Below are positions 14,476 to 27,245 of a stretch of DNA of 64,000 nt, piece after piece. Position 1 is the stretch's first letter; the number at the start of each line of letters is the position of its first letter. The notes under the pieces were generated by a model. It was not told the DNA's origin and ran no database searches. It was given only the letters and a program-made list of their open reading frames with translations. This DNA is from the human T2T-CHM13v2.0 reference genome, Homo sapiens. The DNA lies in NCBI RefSeq assembly GCF_009914755.1, contig NC_060936.1; one strand, written 5' to 3'. Both the position numbers and the translations under genes were made by a program.

Positions 14476-14775
14476 TGGCTGGGTGCGGTGGCTCACACCT
14501 GTAATCCCAGCATTTTGGGAGGCTGAGGTGGGAGGATCGCTTGAGCCCAGGAATTCATGACCAGCCTGGGCAACATAGCAAAACTCCATCTCCACAAAAA
14601 TTAGTTGGACATGGTGGCACACACCTCTAGTCTCAGCTAGGTGGGAGGCTGAGGTGGGAGAATCACCTGAGCCTAGGAGGCCAAGGCTGTAGTGAGCCAT
14701 GATTGTGCCACTTCACTCCAGGCCTGGGCGACACAGTGAGATCCTATCTCAAAAAATAAATAAATAAAAAATAAA
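14476..14775 (+). mobile_element. AluJ
   Basis: Diverged Alu dimer; flanking repeat aaaaataaaggaggt. Confidence 0.88.
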
Positions 14776-16390
14776 GGAGGTTATTTGATAATGACAAAAG
14801 AATAGATTCATCAAGACATAAGAATGCTTAAGAGGGATGCATCTACAGAACTTCATAATATATGAAGCAAAAATGGATAGAACTAAAGGGAGAAATAGGC
14901 TAATCCACAATCTTAGTCAGTGATTTTTATGTTCTCTCAGTAATTGATAAAAACAAGTAGGAAAAAGACAAATGAAGATATAGAGGATTTGGAAAACTGT
15001 AAGAACCAATATGACCTAGTTGGAAATAATAAACTATTACATTCCAGAACTGCAGAGCATACATTCTTCTCAAATGCACACAGAATATTCACAAAGACAG
15101 ACCAAATTGTGGGCCATAAAAATGTAAACATGGATAAACAGAGACTGGATAAAAAAGTAAATAAATGTCAAGATTTTGAAATCTTAGAGATTATATTCTA
15201 TGACCAATTTCAATATAATGAAATTATATTGAAATTAGCAACAATAAAGTATTGAAAAACACACCACCATATTTGGAAATTAAATAAAATACTTTTAAAT
15301 AACCCATGGATCAAAAAATAAATATTTTTAACTAGCGGTAATAAAAAACAATATATCAAAATCTGAGGAGTACAGCAAAAACAGTTCTTGAAGGAAAATT
15401 TATATTTTAAATTTTGTATTAGAAAATCATGAGCTAAGCTTCCATATTAAGATGCTAGTAAAAGAAGAGCAAATTAGACCCAGTCATTAAATGACAAGAC
15501 ATAATAAAAATAAGGGCAGAAATCAATAAAATAGAAAAGAAAAATATAAAAAGTAAAACAACAAAGGCAAAAGTTGGATCTTTGAAAGATTAATAATATA
15601 ATAATATATAATATAATAATAATTAATATATAATAGACAAATTAGTCAAAATAAGAAAATCTCTAGCTAGATTAATCAAGAAAATAAAAAGAAACAAATT
15701 ATCAATATTAGAAATAATAGAAGGTTTACAACTACAGATTCCACAGATATTAAAAGTATAATAAGGAAATGTTATAAACAACTTTGTGTAACTAAATTTG
15801 ACCAACTTAAATACACGGATAAGTTCCATGAAAAACTGATTTACCAAACTAATTCAAGAAGAAATAGAAAATCCGTTTTTTTATTTTAAAAGTTGAATTT
15901 TATATATAAATCTTTTCCACATGAAAAGCTTCAAGTCTAGTAAGCTTCACTGATGAAATCTGCCAAACATTTTAGGAAGAAATAATACCAATTTTATATA
16001 AGCTCTTTAGAAAACACCACCATATTTTGTTGGATCTAGCATAACCCTGACATCAAAATCTAACAAAAGCATTAAAGAGAAGAAAATTAGAAACCTAACA
16101 CTCTTAACATAAACATTAAAATCTTTAACAAAATATGAGCAAATAGATCTAGCACTGGATGTGAAACAGGATAACACGTCATGAAGAAAGGGGATTCATC
16201 AAACGAATGAAAGGTTGGCTCACCATTTGAAATCAATCCATGCAATTCCTCATGTTAACAGAATTAAGGGGGAACCATATGGTCATCTTAAAATATACAG
16301 CAAAACTGTCTGACAAAATTTAAACCAATTCATTGTAGAAACTCTCAGCACTAAAAAAATAGATGAGAACTTCTTCAATATGCTATAGGA

Positions 16391-16904
16391 CAGGGGGCCC
16401 CAGTACCAGTCCGGTCAGTGGCCTGTTAGGAACTGGGCTGCACAGCAGGAGGTGAGCAGTGGGCCAATGAGTGAAGCTTCATCTGTATCTACAGCCACTC
16501 CCCATCACTCACATTACCAACTGAGCTCTGCCTCCTGTCAGATCAGCAGCCAGCATTAGATTCTCACAGGAGCCCAAACCCTACCGTGAACTGCACATGT
16601 GAGGGATCCAGGTTGCGTGCTCCTTATGGGAATCTAATGCCTGATGATCTGTCACTGTCTCCCATCGCCCCTAGATGGGACTATCTAGCTGCAGGAAAAC
16701 AAGCTCAGGGCTCCCACTGATTCTACCTTATGGGAGTTATATAATTATTTCATTATATATTACAATACAATAATAATAGAAATAAGGTGCATAATAAACA
16801 TAATGCATCTGACTCATCCCAAAACAATCCCCCTGACCCTAGTCGATGGAAAAACTGTCTTCCACGAAACTGGTCCCTGGTGCCAAAAAGGTTGGGCACT
16901 GCTG
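16391..16904 (+). mobile_element. MER1A (hAT-Charlie) DNA transposon
   Basis: CAGGGG...ggcctgttaggaactgggctgcacagcaggaggtgagc...gaaactggtccctggtgccaaaaaggttgggcactgctg; about 515 bp. Confidence 0.85.
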
Positions 16905-17364
16905 CTGTTGAACACACAACTATATCATACTTAATGAATTAATTCCCTCTAAGATCAGAAAGAAAATATTCCCATCAGTTCTATTCAATATTGTACTGAT
17001 TATATTAGCCAGTTTGATAACAAGAAAAACAAAACAGAATGTATAAAGATTTCAAAGGAAGAAGTAAAAGCTGTCTTTATTTGAAGGTGTCATAACTGCT
17101 TATGAAGAAAATCCTTAGGAATCTGCCCCCTCAAAAAAAAAAAAAAACACTATTACTACAACTAATAAGTGAATTTAGCAAGGCTGAAGAATACAAGATC
17201 AAAATATAAAAACTAATTTTATAAAAGCAACAAACAAAACATAAAATTTAAAAAAAACTTCCATTTGCAATATCGTCCAAAAACTTTAAATACTAGGTAA
17301 TAAGTGTAACAAAATTTGTGCATCTACACAAAAAAAATCATTGCAGAGAAAAATTAAAGGAGAC

Positions 17365-17732
17365 TGCTAAGATGTGAATGTGTGTGTCCCTACAAAATTC
17401 CTATGTTGGGATTTAAACTCCCAACTGATGATATTAAGAGATGGGGCCTAAGTGATTTAAGTCATGAGGGCTCCACTCTCCTGAGTGAATTTGTGCTGTT
17501 ATTTAAAAAAAAAAAAAGTCAAAGGGAATGCCCTAGTGCCTTTTGCCTTTCCACCTTCTGCCACATGTGGATGCCATGAGAAAGCACTGCCTATGAGGAA
17601 CAGGCCATCATCAGACATCAAATCTGCTGGTACCTCAATCTTGAACCTCCAGAACAGTGAAAAAATTAATTTCTGTTCTTTACAAATTACCCAGTCTCAG
17701 GTATTGTGTTACAGCAGCACAGACTGAGAGCA
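17365..17732 (+). mobile_element. ERVL-MaLR solo LTR (MLT1A/MST-like)
   Basis: tgct...tgaatgtgtgtgtccc...aatttctgttctttacaaattacccagtctcaggtatt...ca. Confidence 0.8.
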
Positions 17733-17983
17733 AGACCTAAATAATCGAAGAGATATACTATGTTCATAAATTGAAAAACTCAACCTTGTCTAGACATCCC
17801 TTCTCTCCAGATTAACCTATAGATTCAATATAATCCGGCACACTTTAAACATTTTTTTAATAAAAATTAACAGGATGACTCTAAATTTATATAGAAATTG
17901 AAAGGACATTAAATACCCAAAACAATCTTGAAAAACAGCAAAGTTGAAAAACTTAAATTATCTAATTTCAAGGCTAACCATAA

Positions 17984-18382
<399 letters not shown>

Positions 18383-19202
18383 AGCAATTCATTTTTTACA
18401 AAGGCACCGACATAATTTAATGAGGAAAGGATCATCTTTCAACAAATGGTGCTGGACCCACTGGATAGCCACATGGGAGACCCCTACTTTATACCACATT
18501 TAAAATTTATTCCTCATGGATCATAGACCTAAAAGTAAAACTAAACTATAATGCTTCTAAAAGAAAACATAGGATACTATCTTCATGACCTTAGAATGGA
18601 CAAAAACTTCTTAAACAGGACATAAAAAGCACTAACCATAAAAGAAAAACATCTATAAACTGAATTTTATCGAAATTAAACTTCTGATCTTCAAAAGACA
18701 CAATTAAGAAAAATAAAAGCTGAGCCACTGGCTGAAAGAAAATATTTCATTAGATACCTTATAAAGGACTAGTATCCAAAATACAGAAAAAAACTCATAA
18801 TCAATCATTAAAGGGCAAACAACCCAATTTAAAAATGGCCAAAAGCTTGAACAAACACATCACAAAAGATGATATGGCCAATAAGTATGTAAGATGCTCC
18901 ACATCATTAGCCAACAGAGAAATGCAAATTTAAAATACTAGAAGATTCTGAAATTAGAGAAGCAGTAAGGAAAAAATGCTAGAAGATATCACTTCACAAT
19001 GGCTAAAATTGAAAAGCATGACAATACCAAGCATTGGTGAGGAAGTAACTGGAACTCCCATAGAATGCTGGAAAAAACTTCTCCCTGAGAAGCATGGTAA
19101 GTTGCAAATTGTGTCTCTGCTGTTCTCTTGTATCCCCAGCATCTGGCCCCTACTTGGCACCCCTACACTCACAGAGGAGGTAAGTTCAGCTAGGAACTTG
19201 TT

Positions 19203-19288
19203 TTCCTGTTTGTTTTGTTTCGTTTTTGAGACAAGGTCTCGCTCTGTCACCCAGGCTGGAGGGCAAGTGGTGCAATCATAGCTCAGCG
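19203..19288 (-). mobile_element. Short 5'-truncated Alu
   Basis: About 85 bp of Alu 3' end; 16-bp TSD cagctagg(a/g)acttgtt at 19187-19202 and 19289-19304. Confidence 0.8.
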
Positions 19289-19460
19289 CAGCTAGGGACT
19301 TGTTGAAGCGGCATAAGGTAAGAGCGCCTTATTTATATCTGCATCGGACAAAGAAGCAGCTTCGAGACACAGGACTGGGAGAAAAACAGGGCTGGCAACT
19401 TTTTATTTTGCAAAGTAAGAGTGTTTTAAACAATTTTAATAAAATAAAAACCAAAAAGCA

Positions 19461-19833
<373 letters not shown>

Positions 19834-21810
19834 AAAAAGCTACCAAGCTACCATCTACTGTCTCATCATTCCCTAAAAATTATTAGCGTTGCTTTCAGAA
19901 GAAAAACAAATTATAGTTCTTTTGACCCTTTCCACCTTCGTACCCCCAAAAAACAGAAAGAACGTAATCACATAATCCCAGAATTTTTTAAAGAATCAAT
20001 TTAGCTTTGTGAGAAACCAACTCTGTTGTCATTCTTTTTCTCATTTTGCCACATTTAGTGATCACCATTCAGAGATCCATTCATTGGGGTCCTGAGGCTT
20101 TTCTATTATGAATCACCAAGTCAATTTGGAGCACCCAGACAGACGACCTGTCCCAAGGTCAAGGTTAGGAGTCAGTAAGCTTGCTCAGAGATTAATTTAA
20201 ACCATTTGCTCTCATAAATCAAGCCATGAACTTGGCGTGTCTTCAGGAGCAGGCAGAAGGAAAAGCCAGTGAGGACAGGGCAGTCAGGGAGGCAAAATCC
20301 CCACAGCAGGAGGCAGAGGGCAAAGTTAGGCCAAGAAAAGGAAAGGTGGAGGGCAGTTATGCGAGAAGAAAGATTTGGAAGAAAAGGGAAAGGAGGCAGA
20401 AAATAAGCCGAAGGGGGCAACAGTGTTAAGGGTGTGGCAGGGGCTTGGAAGAAGCAAGGGAGGGAGGAGAGAGCATGGAAGTGAATGGAGGGAACAGCCT
20501 GCTCTGCAGCATGTCTCCTACCCGGCAGGGCCAGACCACAGCTGCACACGATGGACAGGACTTGTTTGGGCACTGCTGGATTTCCTGGCTGCTGCTGGCT
20601 GGGGGTATGTGTTCCACATTTCCCCGTTCAAGGGGAGGGCAGAGCTGCCCTTTGGGTTTTCCCCAGAACATTTGATCACCGCAGGAAACATCCTTCTCAG
20701 GAGCAGCCTCTTCCTCCTCCTGCTGAGCAAGTTCCCAGCCAGCCCCAGAGTTCACTTGTTTAGGTCTGAGCAGCCAATTAGTCCTGCTTTCCTCACACAG
20801 TTGTCCTCCTAAAACTGCCTTGCACACCCCTCAGGGCCCATTTCCATGTATTTCATCGACGGCTCGCAGCCCTTCCATCCATCTCCCCGTGTTTCCCTTT
20901 TCTCACCCCGGCTTCTGGCTGCCGGTTATTCATTCACCATGCCCTTCCCTGGAAGGTCTATTCGACATTCAACCCATTCATTGCTCAAGGTCCACTCAGG
21001 GTTGCCCTCCTCCGGGACGCCTTTCCAGGGTTCCACAGCAGAGTGACCTCTCTTCCTCATGCTTTCTTTGAGCAGTCAGCTGTCAAGCCTCATCTCAACC
21101 ACTTGTCAGCACAAACTGCCTCCTGCTGCTCTCCCTTTAGGTAAGAGCACTGGCTTCCCTGGGAGGCAACGGAAGACTCACATCTCGGGCAACACTGGCA
21201 CTTCAGCCCAACGTGGGCAGTTCAAGCCGACCTACCTAGACCTAATTCACCACAGCTACCCCCAACCCAGGAGGTGTCCCAGAGACCCTTCGTGGCAGAA
21301 GACGTAGTAAGACTAGCGGAGGACGCTGAGCTAGAACGGGATCAGCAGAGGCCGGATTCAGCAAGGCTTGAGAGATGCATAGAGGGAGGGCGAATCTAAG
21401 GGATCTCAAGAGAGAGGAGGTGGCTTGCACTCCCCTGGGAGATACCAGAATTCTGGAGAAAAAGAAGAAGAATACACAGGCCAAATGGGGCCATGGATTT
21501 TTGAGTATTTGGAAACCTACATCTGAGACTGGATTCTAAAGGTGGATTTCTCCAGATACGGAGGAAGCGGCTGTGGCTCCCTCTGAACACCAGAGGGCAC
21601 TGCAGGGAGTGAGCGGGCCTGCCCTCCAGAGAGCAGGCTGCAGTGCCGTCTCCACAGGCTGGCATTGAGGTGGGCGGCCTGCTGTCTCCTGACTGCCCTG
21701 ATTGGACTTCAGTGGACATCCCAGGAAAAAGGGATGCCACACGACTCCAGGCAGCATTGTTTCGTTCCATATGGAAGCCCAGATGTGTTCTAGGAGGGTT
21801 GTTACACAAT

Positions 21811-21838
21811 ACACACACACACACACGCACACACACAC
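21811..21838. repeat. (CA)n microsatellite
   Basis: Seen directly; one CG interruption. Confidence 0.9.
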
Positions 21839-23021
21839 GTGTGCACACAACTGGGCCCCAAATCCTAAAACATCAACTGGGATTTTTAAAAAATAAGCAA
21901 AAGGAAAACCACATACTTACCTTCTTCCTAATTAAGGAATGCTCTCTCTGAATCATTCTCTCAGAAACAGCTGTGTCTCCTACAGACCCATCCGCTCCAT
22001 ACTTCTTTTATTAAGCCCATACTTTGAGCATGATACCTCTAATTGCCATGAAGAACACAGATGTAGAACATCTACCTGTCCCTTGTCCTCAACAGTGTAA
22101 AACGCACCTGCACGACCTCTTGGCCCCCACCCCCTCCCCTCTGGCCACTGTGCTGCCTGCTTATAAGAGGCTCCTCTCCACCTTGCTGCAGCCCCGACTG
22201 TCTCACCGAGCTGAGGGAGACAAGCACTTCCCTGTACCCTCTGAGAAAGCCATCGCCATAGTTCATGCATCTAGCTCACAAGAGACTCCTCTGACCAATG
22301 GCATTTTCTAAAACAGCAGAAGCCCCACATCCAGAAGGGAGCTTGAGGAAGAAGCCAAGGCCCCTCCTGAGCTTGCAGGCCCTGCCCTGCCGCCATGGGC
22401 TCAAAACTTCCCAGTGAGGTGTTACTAAAAGTCACAGCTGAAACCCACGGAATGCCAGTTTCATCTCCCAAACTAGGAACGAGGAGTCCACCTCTCAGAA
22501 CCACCTCAAGGAAGTATTCAGAACAAGCATCGTCAGCATGGCCTGGCAAAAACAGGGTGAAATATTTGAAACCATCCAAATGTCCCGCAATAATAGCTTG
22601 GTTGTATACACGAGGCACATCCATTCAAAGGAATGTTGTGTAGAGCCTTGCACATAGGAGGTGTCTGATAAATATTTGTTGACTAATTTTTAATATTTTC
22701 AAAGAACGGTGGTGCTGTTTCTTAAAATACATAAAGGGATACAGAATTGTAAACATAGTATCATAAGCCTGGCAAATACTGTGTTTATTCTGAAAACTCA
22801 GGAAGAAAATGTTTGCAACTTATAAAACTAAAATTATAATTATTTCTGAGGCATGCAGTTTGGGTGGGTGATTTTTAGTCTCTTCTTTATTATTGTCAAT
22901 TATTGTTTATAATCAGAAAATAATGAGAGATTTATTTATTTAAAGACCGCAGTGAGGTCCCACTGCCTGGGTCCCACACGCGTCCAGTCCATGCCCTCGG
23001 TCCCCATTGAGCCTCTCTTAC

Positions 23022-23138
23022 CAGGGGGCAGGGGTTGCAGGTGGTCTTCCTGCACTCCAGCTTGAATCCAGAGATGACCCCCACCTGCACCATGCAGCGG
23101 CAGGTCGTGCACACATCGATCATCACAGTCTTCCCGGG
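23022..23138 (-). CDS. VWF: VWF exon 47 (aa 2591-2629, C5)
   Basis: ccag|[39 protein letters not shown]|gtaaga; 117 nt. Confidence 0.97.
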
Positions 23139-23662
23139 CTGGAAGCAGAGGCACCAGGGTCAGGCCCCCCAGCATCCCCCAACCCCCCACTCACCTCACT
23201 CTCATACCCTGTCTCCTGCCCACCCACCCATAGCTCCCATGAGCCATCGCTCTGCTGCTCCTCCTGTCTCCTATGGCCCACTGCCTTCCCGTCCTCCCAC
23301 CTCCAGTATCGAGATGGTAAGAGTGAGAACTTTCATGCCAAAGAGGCAGCCCAGGTAGTGGCAGAGGGGACAAACTAAAACGTGCACAATGACTTCAGAG
23401 TGCTTCTCTGCACACAGAAGAAATGCACAGGTGCCTGAGGTGGGGGCCAGGAAGTGAGTGTGAGACAGGCCCGGAGAGTCAGGAAGATGGTCCTAGCCTG
23501 GGCTCCATGATGCCAGGCACGTCCCACAGGCAGTGGAAAGCTGGGGTTGGGTCTCTCTGGTTTCCTTCATTTCTGCTTTACAATGACTTGCCTGCTCCCC
23601 TTCCCACAGTACCCCCTTCCCTGTCCCCACCACTTGCTCTGGAGAAGAGGACAGCGGCTCAC

Positions 23663-23703
23663 CCCAATGACAGTGCCATTGAGCATGCAGGCCTCCATGC
23701 GCT
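23663..23703 (-). CDS. VWF: VWF exon 46 (aa 2577-2590)
   Basis: ccag|AG CGC ATG...ERMEACMLNGTVIG|gtgagc; 41 nt. Confidence 0.96.
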
Positions 23704-24049
23704 CTGGGGGAGAGAAAAGTGCAGAGTGAGAGTGGGCAAAACACACCCTGGTGAGACCGGCGAGCAGGCTGCTCTCTTTGGGGCTCCTCCTCCGTGTCTG
23801 GGCCTCCCTCCTGTATCGGTCGGCCCTTTCCCCCCACCCCACAACCCAGCGCTGGGGGTCCTACTGCTGGAGCCCACAGCGGCCTCCCTTCCCCATGCAG
23901 CCCACAATGAGAAGAGCCCCGTACGTTCTCCAAGTGACAGCGCTTGCTTATGTGAATTTACATTTAAGAGATGGGATGAATGGGAGGATGTTTGGGTTTA
24001 TGAAACAATGAAACGCTACTCTTGAAAATTTCAGTTTCAAGAATTCAGT

Positions 24050-24375
24050 GGCCAGGCACAGTGGCTCATGCCTGTAATCCCAGCACTCTGGGAGGCCGAG
24101 GTGGGCAGATCACTTGAGGTCAGGAGTTCAAGACCAGCCCAGCCAACATAGCAAAACCACATCTCTACTAGAAATACAAAAATTAGCCGAGTGTGGTGGT
24201 GCACGCCTGTAATCCCAGCTACTCGGAGGCTGAGGCAGGAAAAGTGCTTGAACCCAGGAGGCCAAGGTTGCAGTGAACCAAAATAGTGCCACTGCACTCT
24301 AGCCTATCCAGAGATAGCGCCAGTCACTCCAGAGTGAGAATCTGCCTCAAACAAACAAACAAACAAATAAATAAA
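24050..24375 (+). mobile_element. AluS with small internal 3' duplication and (AAAC/AAAT)n tail
   Basis: Alu dimer with a repeated aaatagtgccactgcactct / agatagcgccagtcactcc segment. Confidence 0.87.
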
Positions 24376-24746
24376 ATTCAGAGCAGGATATGGTAGAAAG
24401 AACTAGTTTTTGTTGTTGTTGCCATTTTTCTGTTTGTTGGCAGCGTTGGGGTGGCAAGTTGAACGCCTTCCCCTGGGTGAAACGTCACAGCATTTCAAAG
24501 GTGGTCTCCAAATCAGAGAAGCCTAGGGCCGAATCCCAGTCTTGCCATGTAGTGATCTTCAGGAAATTCCTATGGTTTTCCCATTTAATTTGCTTTCTCA
24601 TAAAAGCAGTAGGAGCAGATGGGAAGATTTCGGTCCTATCCATTTCCCTAAGTTGCTAAAAAGGCAAAGAATTCAGGAGCCAAAAGTGGAAAGAGAGGCT
24701 TAAAGGTGGTGCCCGGTCCAGCCCAGCCCCAGCCTGCATGCCTTAC

Positions 24747-24927
24747 CACAGCGACAGCTTGGGCAGCACGCTGAGGTCTTACAGCTCAGCTGAAAGCCCG
24801 AGGGGCAGACAGGGACCTCCAGCTGGGGGCAGGAGACGTTCCTTTGTTGTATAAAGACCTCCTCCTTCACTCGGACACACTCATTGATGAGGCAGGGGTT
24901 CTCCGGGGAGGCCCACTGGGAGCCGAC
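24747..24927 (-). CDS. VWF: VWF exon 45 (aa 2517-2577, C4)
   Basis: gcag|[60 protein letters not shown]|gtaagg; 181 nt. Confidence 0.97.
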
Positions 24928-27134
24928 CTGCAGGGCACCAGAGTTAGTCCAACAAGCTGGGGCAGGGCTGGAGCCCAGGGTCCCAGTGGGAATGTGCTCT
25001 TCTCTCAGGAAGGTGGTTTCTAGACGTGAAGCCTGGCTTAACATGTAAGTCCCACCACAGGGTAGGGCCCACGGAGGGGATGAGTGGGGCTCGTCTCAGT
25101 GAGCACCACTCAAACAGTTTGGGTCAAAATCACCTGACTGAGGCACCCAGGCAAGCACCTTGGAGAAGCCAGGGGACTCACCCTCCCTTCCTCAGCATTG
25201 GTTTGAGCTGAGCTCAGATACTCCGGCCAAGAAGCAGCACTGTGGGCCATCAGTGGGAAGGTGCAGCCGGGAAGCTCAACCCATTTCCCAGGCTGGTGCC
25301 ACTTCCCATGGTAAGGGGAGACAGGGAGCTGGCAGAAGCCCGGGAAGGCTGGCCTGGGACCCCTGCAGCCCTGCAATCTGTCCACGAAGACTGCACATGG
25401 GTAGCCTGACCCCAAGGGTTGTCACCACGGGCAAGAAGCTGAAAGGGCCCAAGACCATGGTTCAGAAAAGTCACCAGGAGGATCTTCCCCAGAAAATGTC
25501 ACTCCGAGTGCCCTCTGTGTCGGCCAGCACCCAGATATGTAACTAGGTGCCCTCTGCCGCCATCTCAGGCCCTGACCTACTTCTCCTGGTGCCTGCTTAT
25601 TTCTTCTCCTTCCAGATGAGGTGTAGAAAATGCCAAACACTTGCAGCCATTCTCTTCACCCCCCACTCCTGACTCCCTGTGGCCAAATCTTCCCACTGCA
25701 GGCCTGATTCCACCCTCCAGACTTCTCCCTCCTCTGATTACTCACTCACTGAGCCTTGGCCACTGGCTCATTAAGAGGACCCATTGCCACCACCCCCCGC
25801 TGACCCCTGACATGGTTCAGCAGCAAAGCCATTGCCAACACCCAAGTCTTTTAGGTAAGATGGAGACTTGAGGTAGAGGAGAGAAGCCCAGGTCACCTTA
25901 TGCTTTGCAAACACTGATGAGGGGCAGGGTGGGGTAGGCCTTGAAGGGAGATGAGAGATGGGGAAAGGGGCAGGAATACTGAGCGCAAAGGGACCAGCTC
26001 TCAGCCCCACCAGGATGGGGCAGCCCCTGATCTGAGCTGGACCTTGACCCTGGGGAGAAGAAACAAAACCTGCCTCCATCCAGGGCACATGGGAGCAGAA
26101 GCACTAAAAGGTGGGGAGGGGAGAACACAGGGAAGAGAACCCATAGGCAACTCGGACTAGAGGGGGAGGTGGAAACTCACCTGAAAAAGCCCAGTGAGTC
26201 ATTCTGTTATCACTGGGGAGGAGAAAGGCAATGGGCCTGGGTAGGAGATGGGAAAGGCTCAGGACAAGATAGCAGACCTTTGGCCTTCCTCTCGAAGGGA
26301 AGCGCATTGGTCTTGCTGGGGAAGACAGAGGCAAGGCCCATATGGGCAGTTCACCTGTTCCCAGCACCAGCTCCCAAGGCTGCCAGGACTTGGCACCACC
26401 CACCTTATCCTTCTGACCAGACTGAAAGAACTGTGATTCTCCTAGCATCTGGACTAAAACCGCCAAAGACGGAATCCTCTGTGTTTAAGAAAATGGCTTG
26501 ATGAGCATCAGAGTCTAAGAGAGAACCTGGCAGCACATGGGGGACAGCTGAACTGCTCTGTGTTAGAAGAAGGGACTGGCGGGGGTGAGCCAGCCAGGAG
26601 AGGACAAGAGTGGGGCAATGGGGGGCTGGCAAGATGCCCCAGCCAGACCTGCAGAAATAACAGAGGGACTGTGGGAAATACTGTTCCTTTTCTGGGTTGT
26701 AAAGGTTTCCACCTCCCTAAAACCACCAAGGAGGTTTCAGTAGAAATCAGTGAAAAGGTCTGAGGACCCTGCCTGGGTTGATGTGGTCCAGAACAGTACT
26801 TGCAGCCTGTGGCACTTTGGAGGGGTGGTGAGGCCATCCCAAAACCAGCCCCTCAGCCACAGCACCTCAGATTCACAGGTGAATGAGAGAGCATGAATCC
26901 CCCCGGGAGGGCCCTGGGCTTCTCCCAAAATCTACAAAATGGGAAGCCTGAGGCCGTCTTAACTAGTTCCTAAGGGGCAGGTCATCCCAGCTGGCATCTG
27001 GATAACACCAACAGCTGGGTGAAATGCCCAGTGGGGAAAGCAAAGGGCAGGGAATGAGATGAAACCAAGGTCAACGCTGGTCCCTGGAGTGGCCCCAATC
27101 TGCCCTCCTCCCCGTCCCGGGGGCCTGGACCTAC

Positions 27135-27245
27135 ACTCTTCCAGGAAGACTGGGAGTCCCCCCGCGGTGAGCCAGTCACCACCTCACAGGCAGATGGCAG
27201 GCACCTTCCACAGCACTCGCCTTCATGCAGAACGTAAGTGAAGCC
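27135..27245 (-). CDS. VWF: VWF exon 44 (aa 2480-2516) containing the RGDS integrin alphaIIbbeta3 site (27164-27153)
   Basis: ccag|[37 protein letters not shown]|gtaggt; 111 nt. Confidence 0.97.

Noticed and set aside
20170-21800. Cluster of 60-150-aa ORFs and a modestly CpG-rich patch
   Set aside because: No coherent exon structure or recognisable homology. It may be regulatory, but sequence alone does not support a call.
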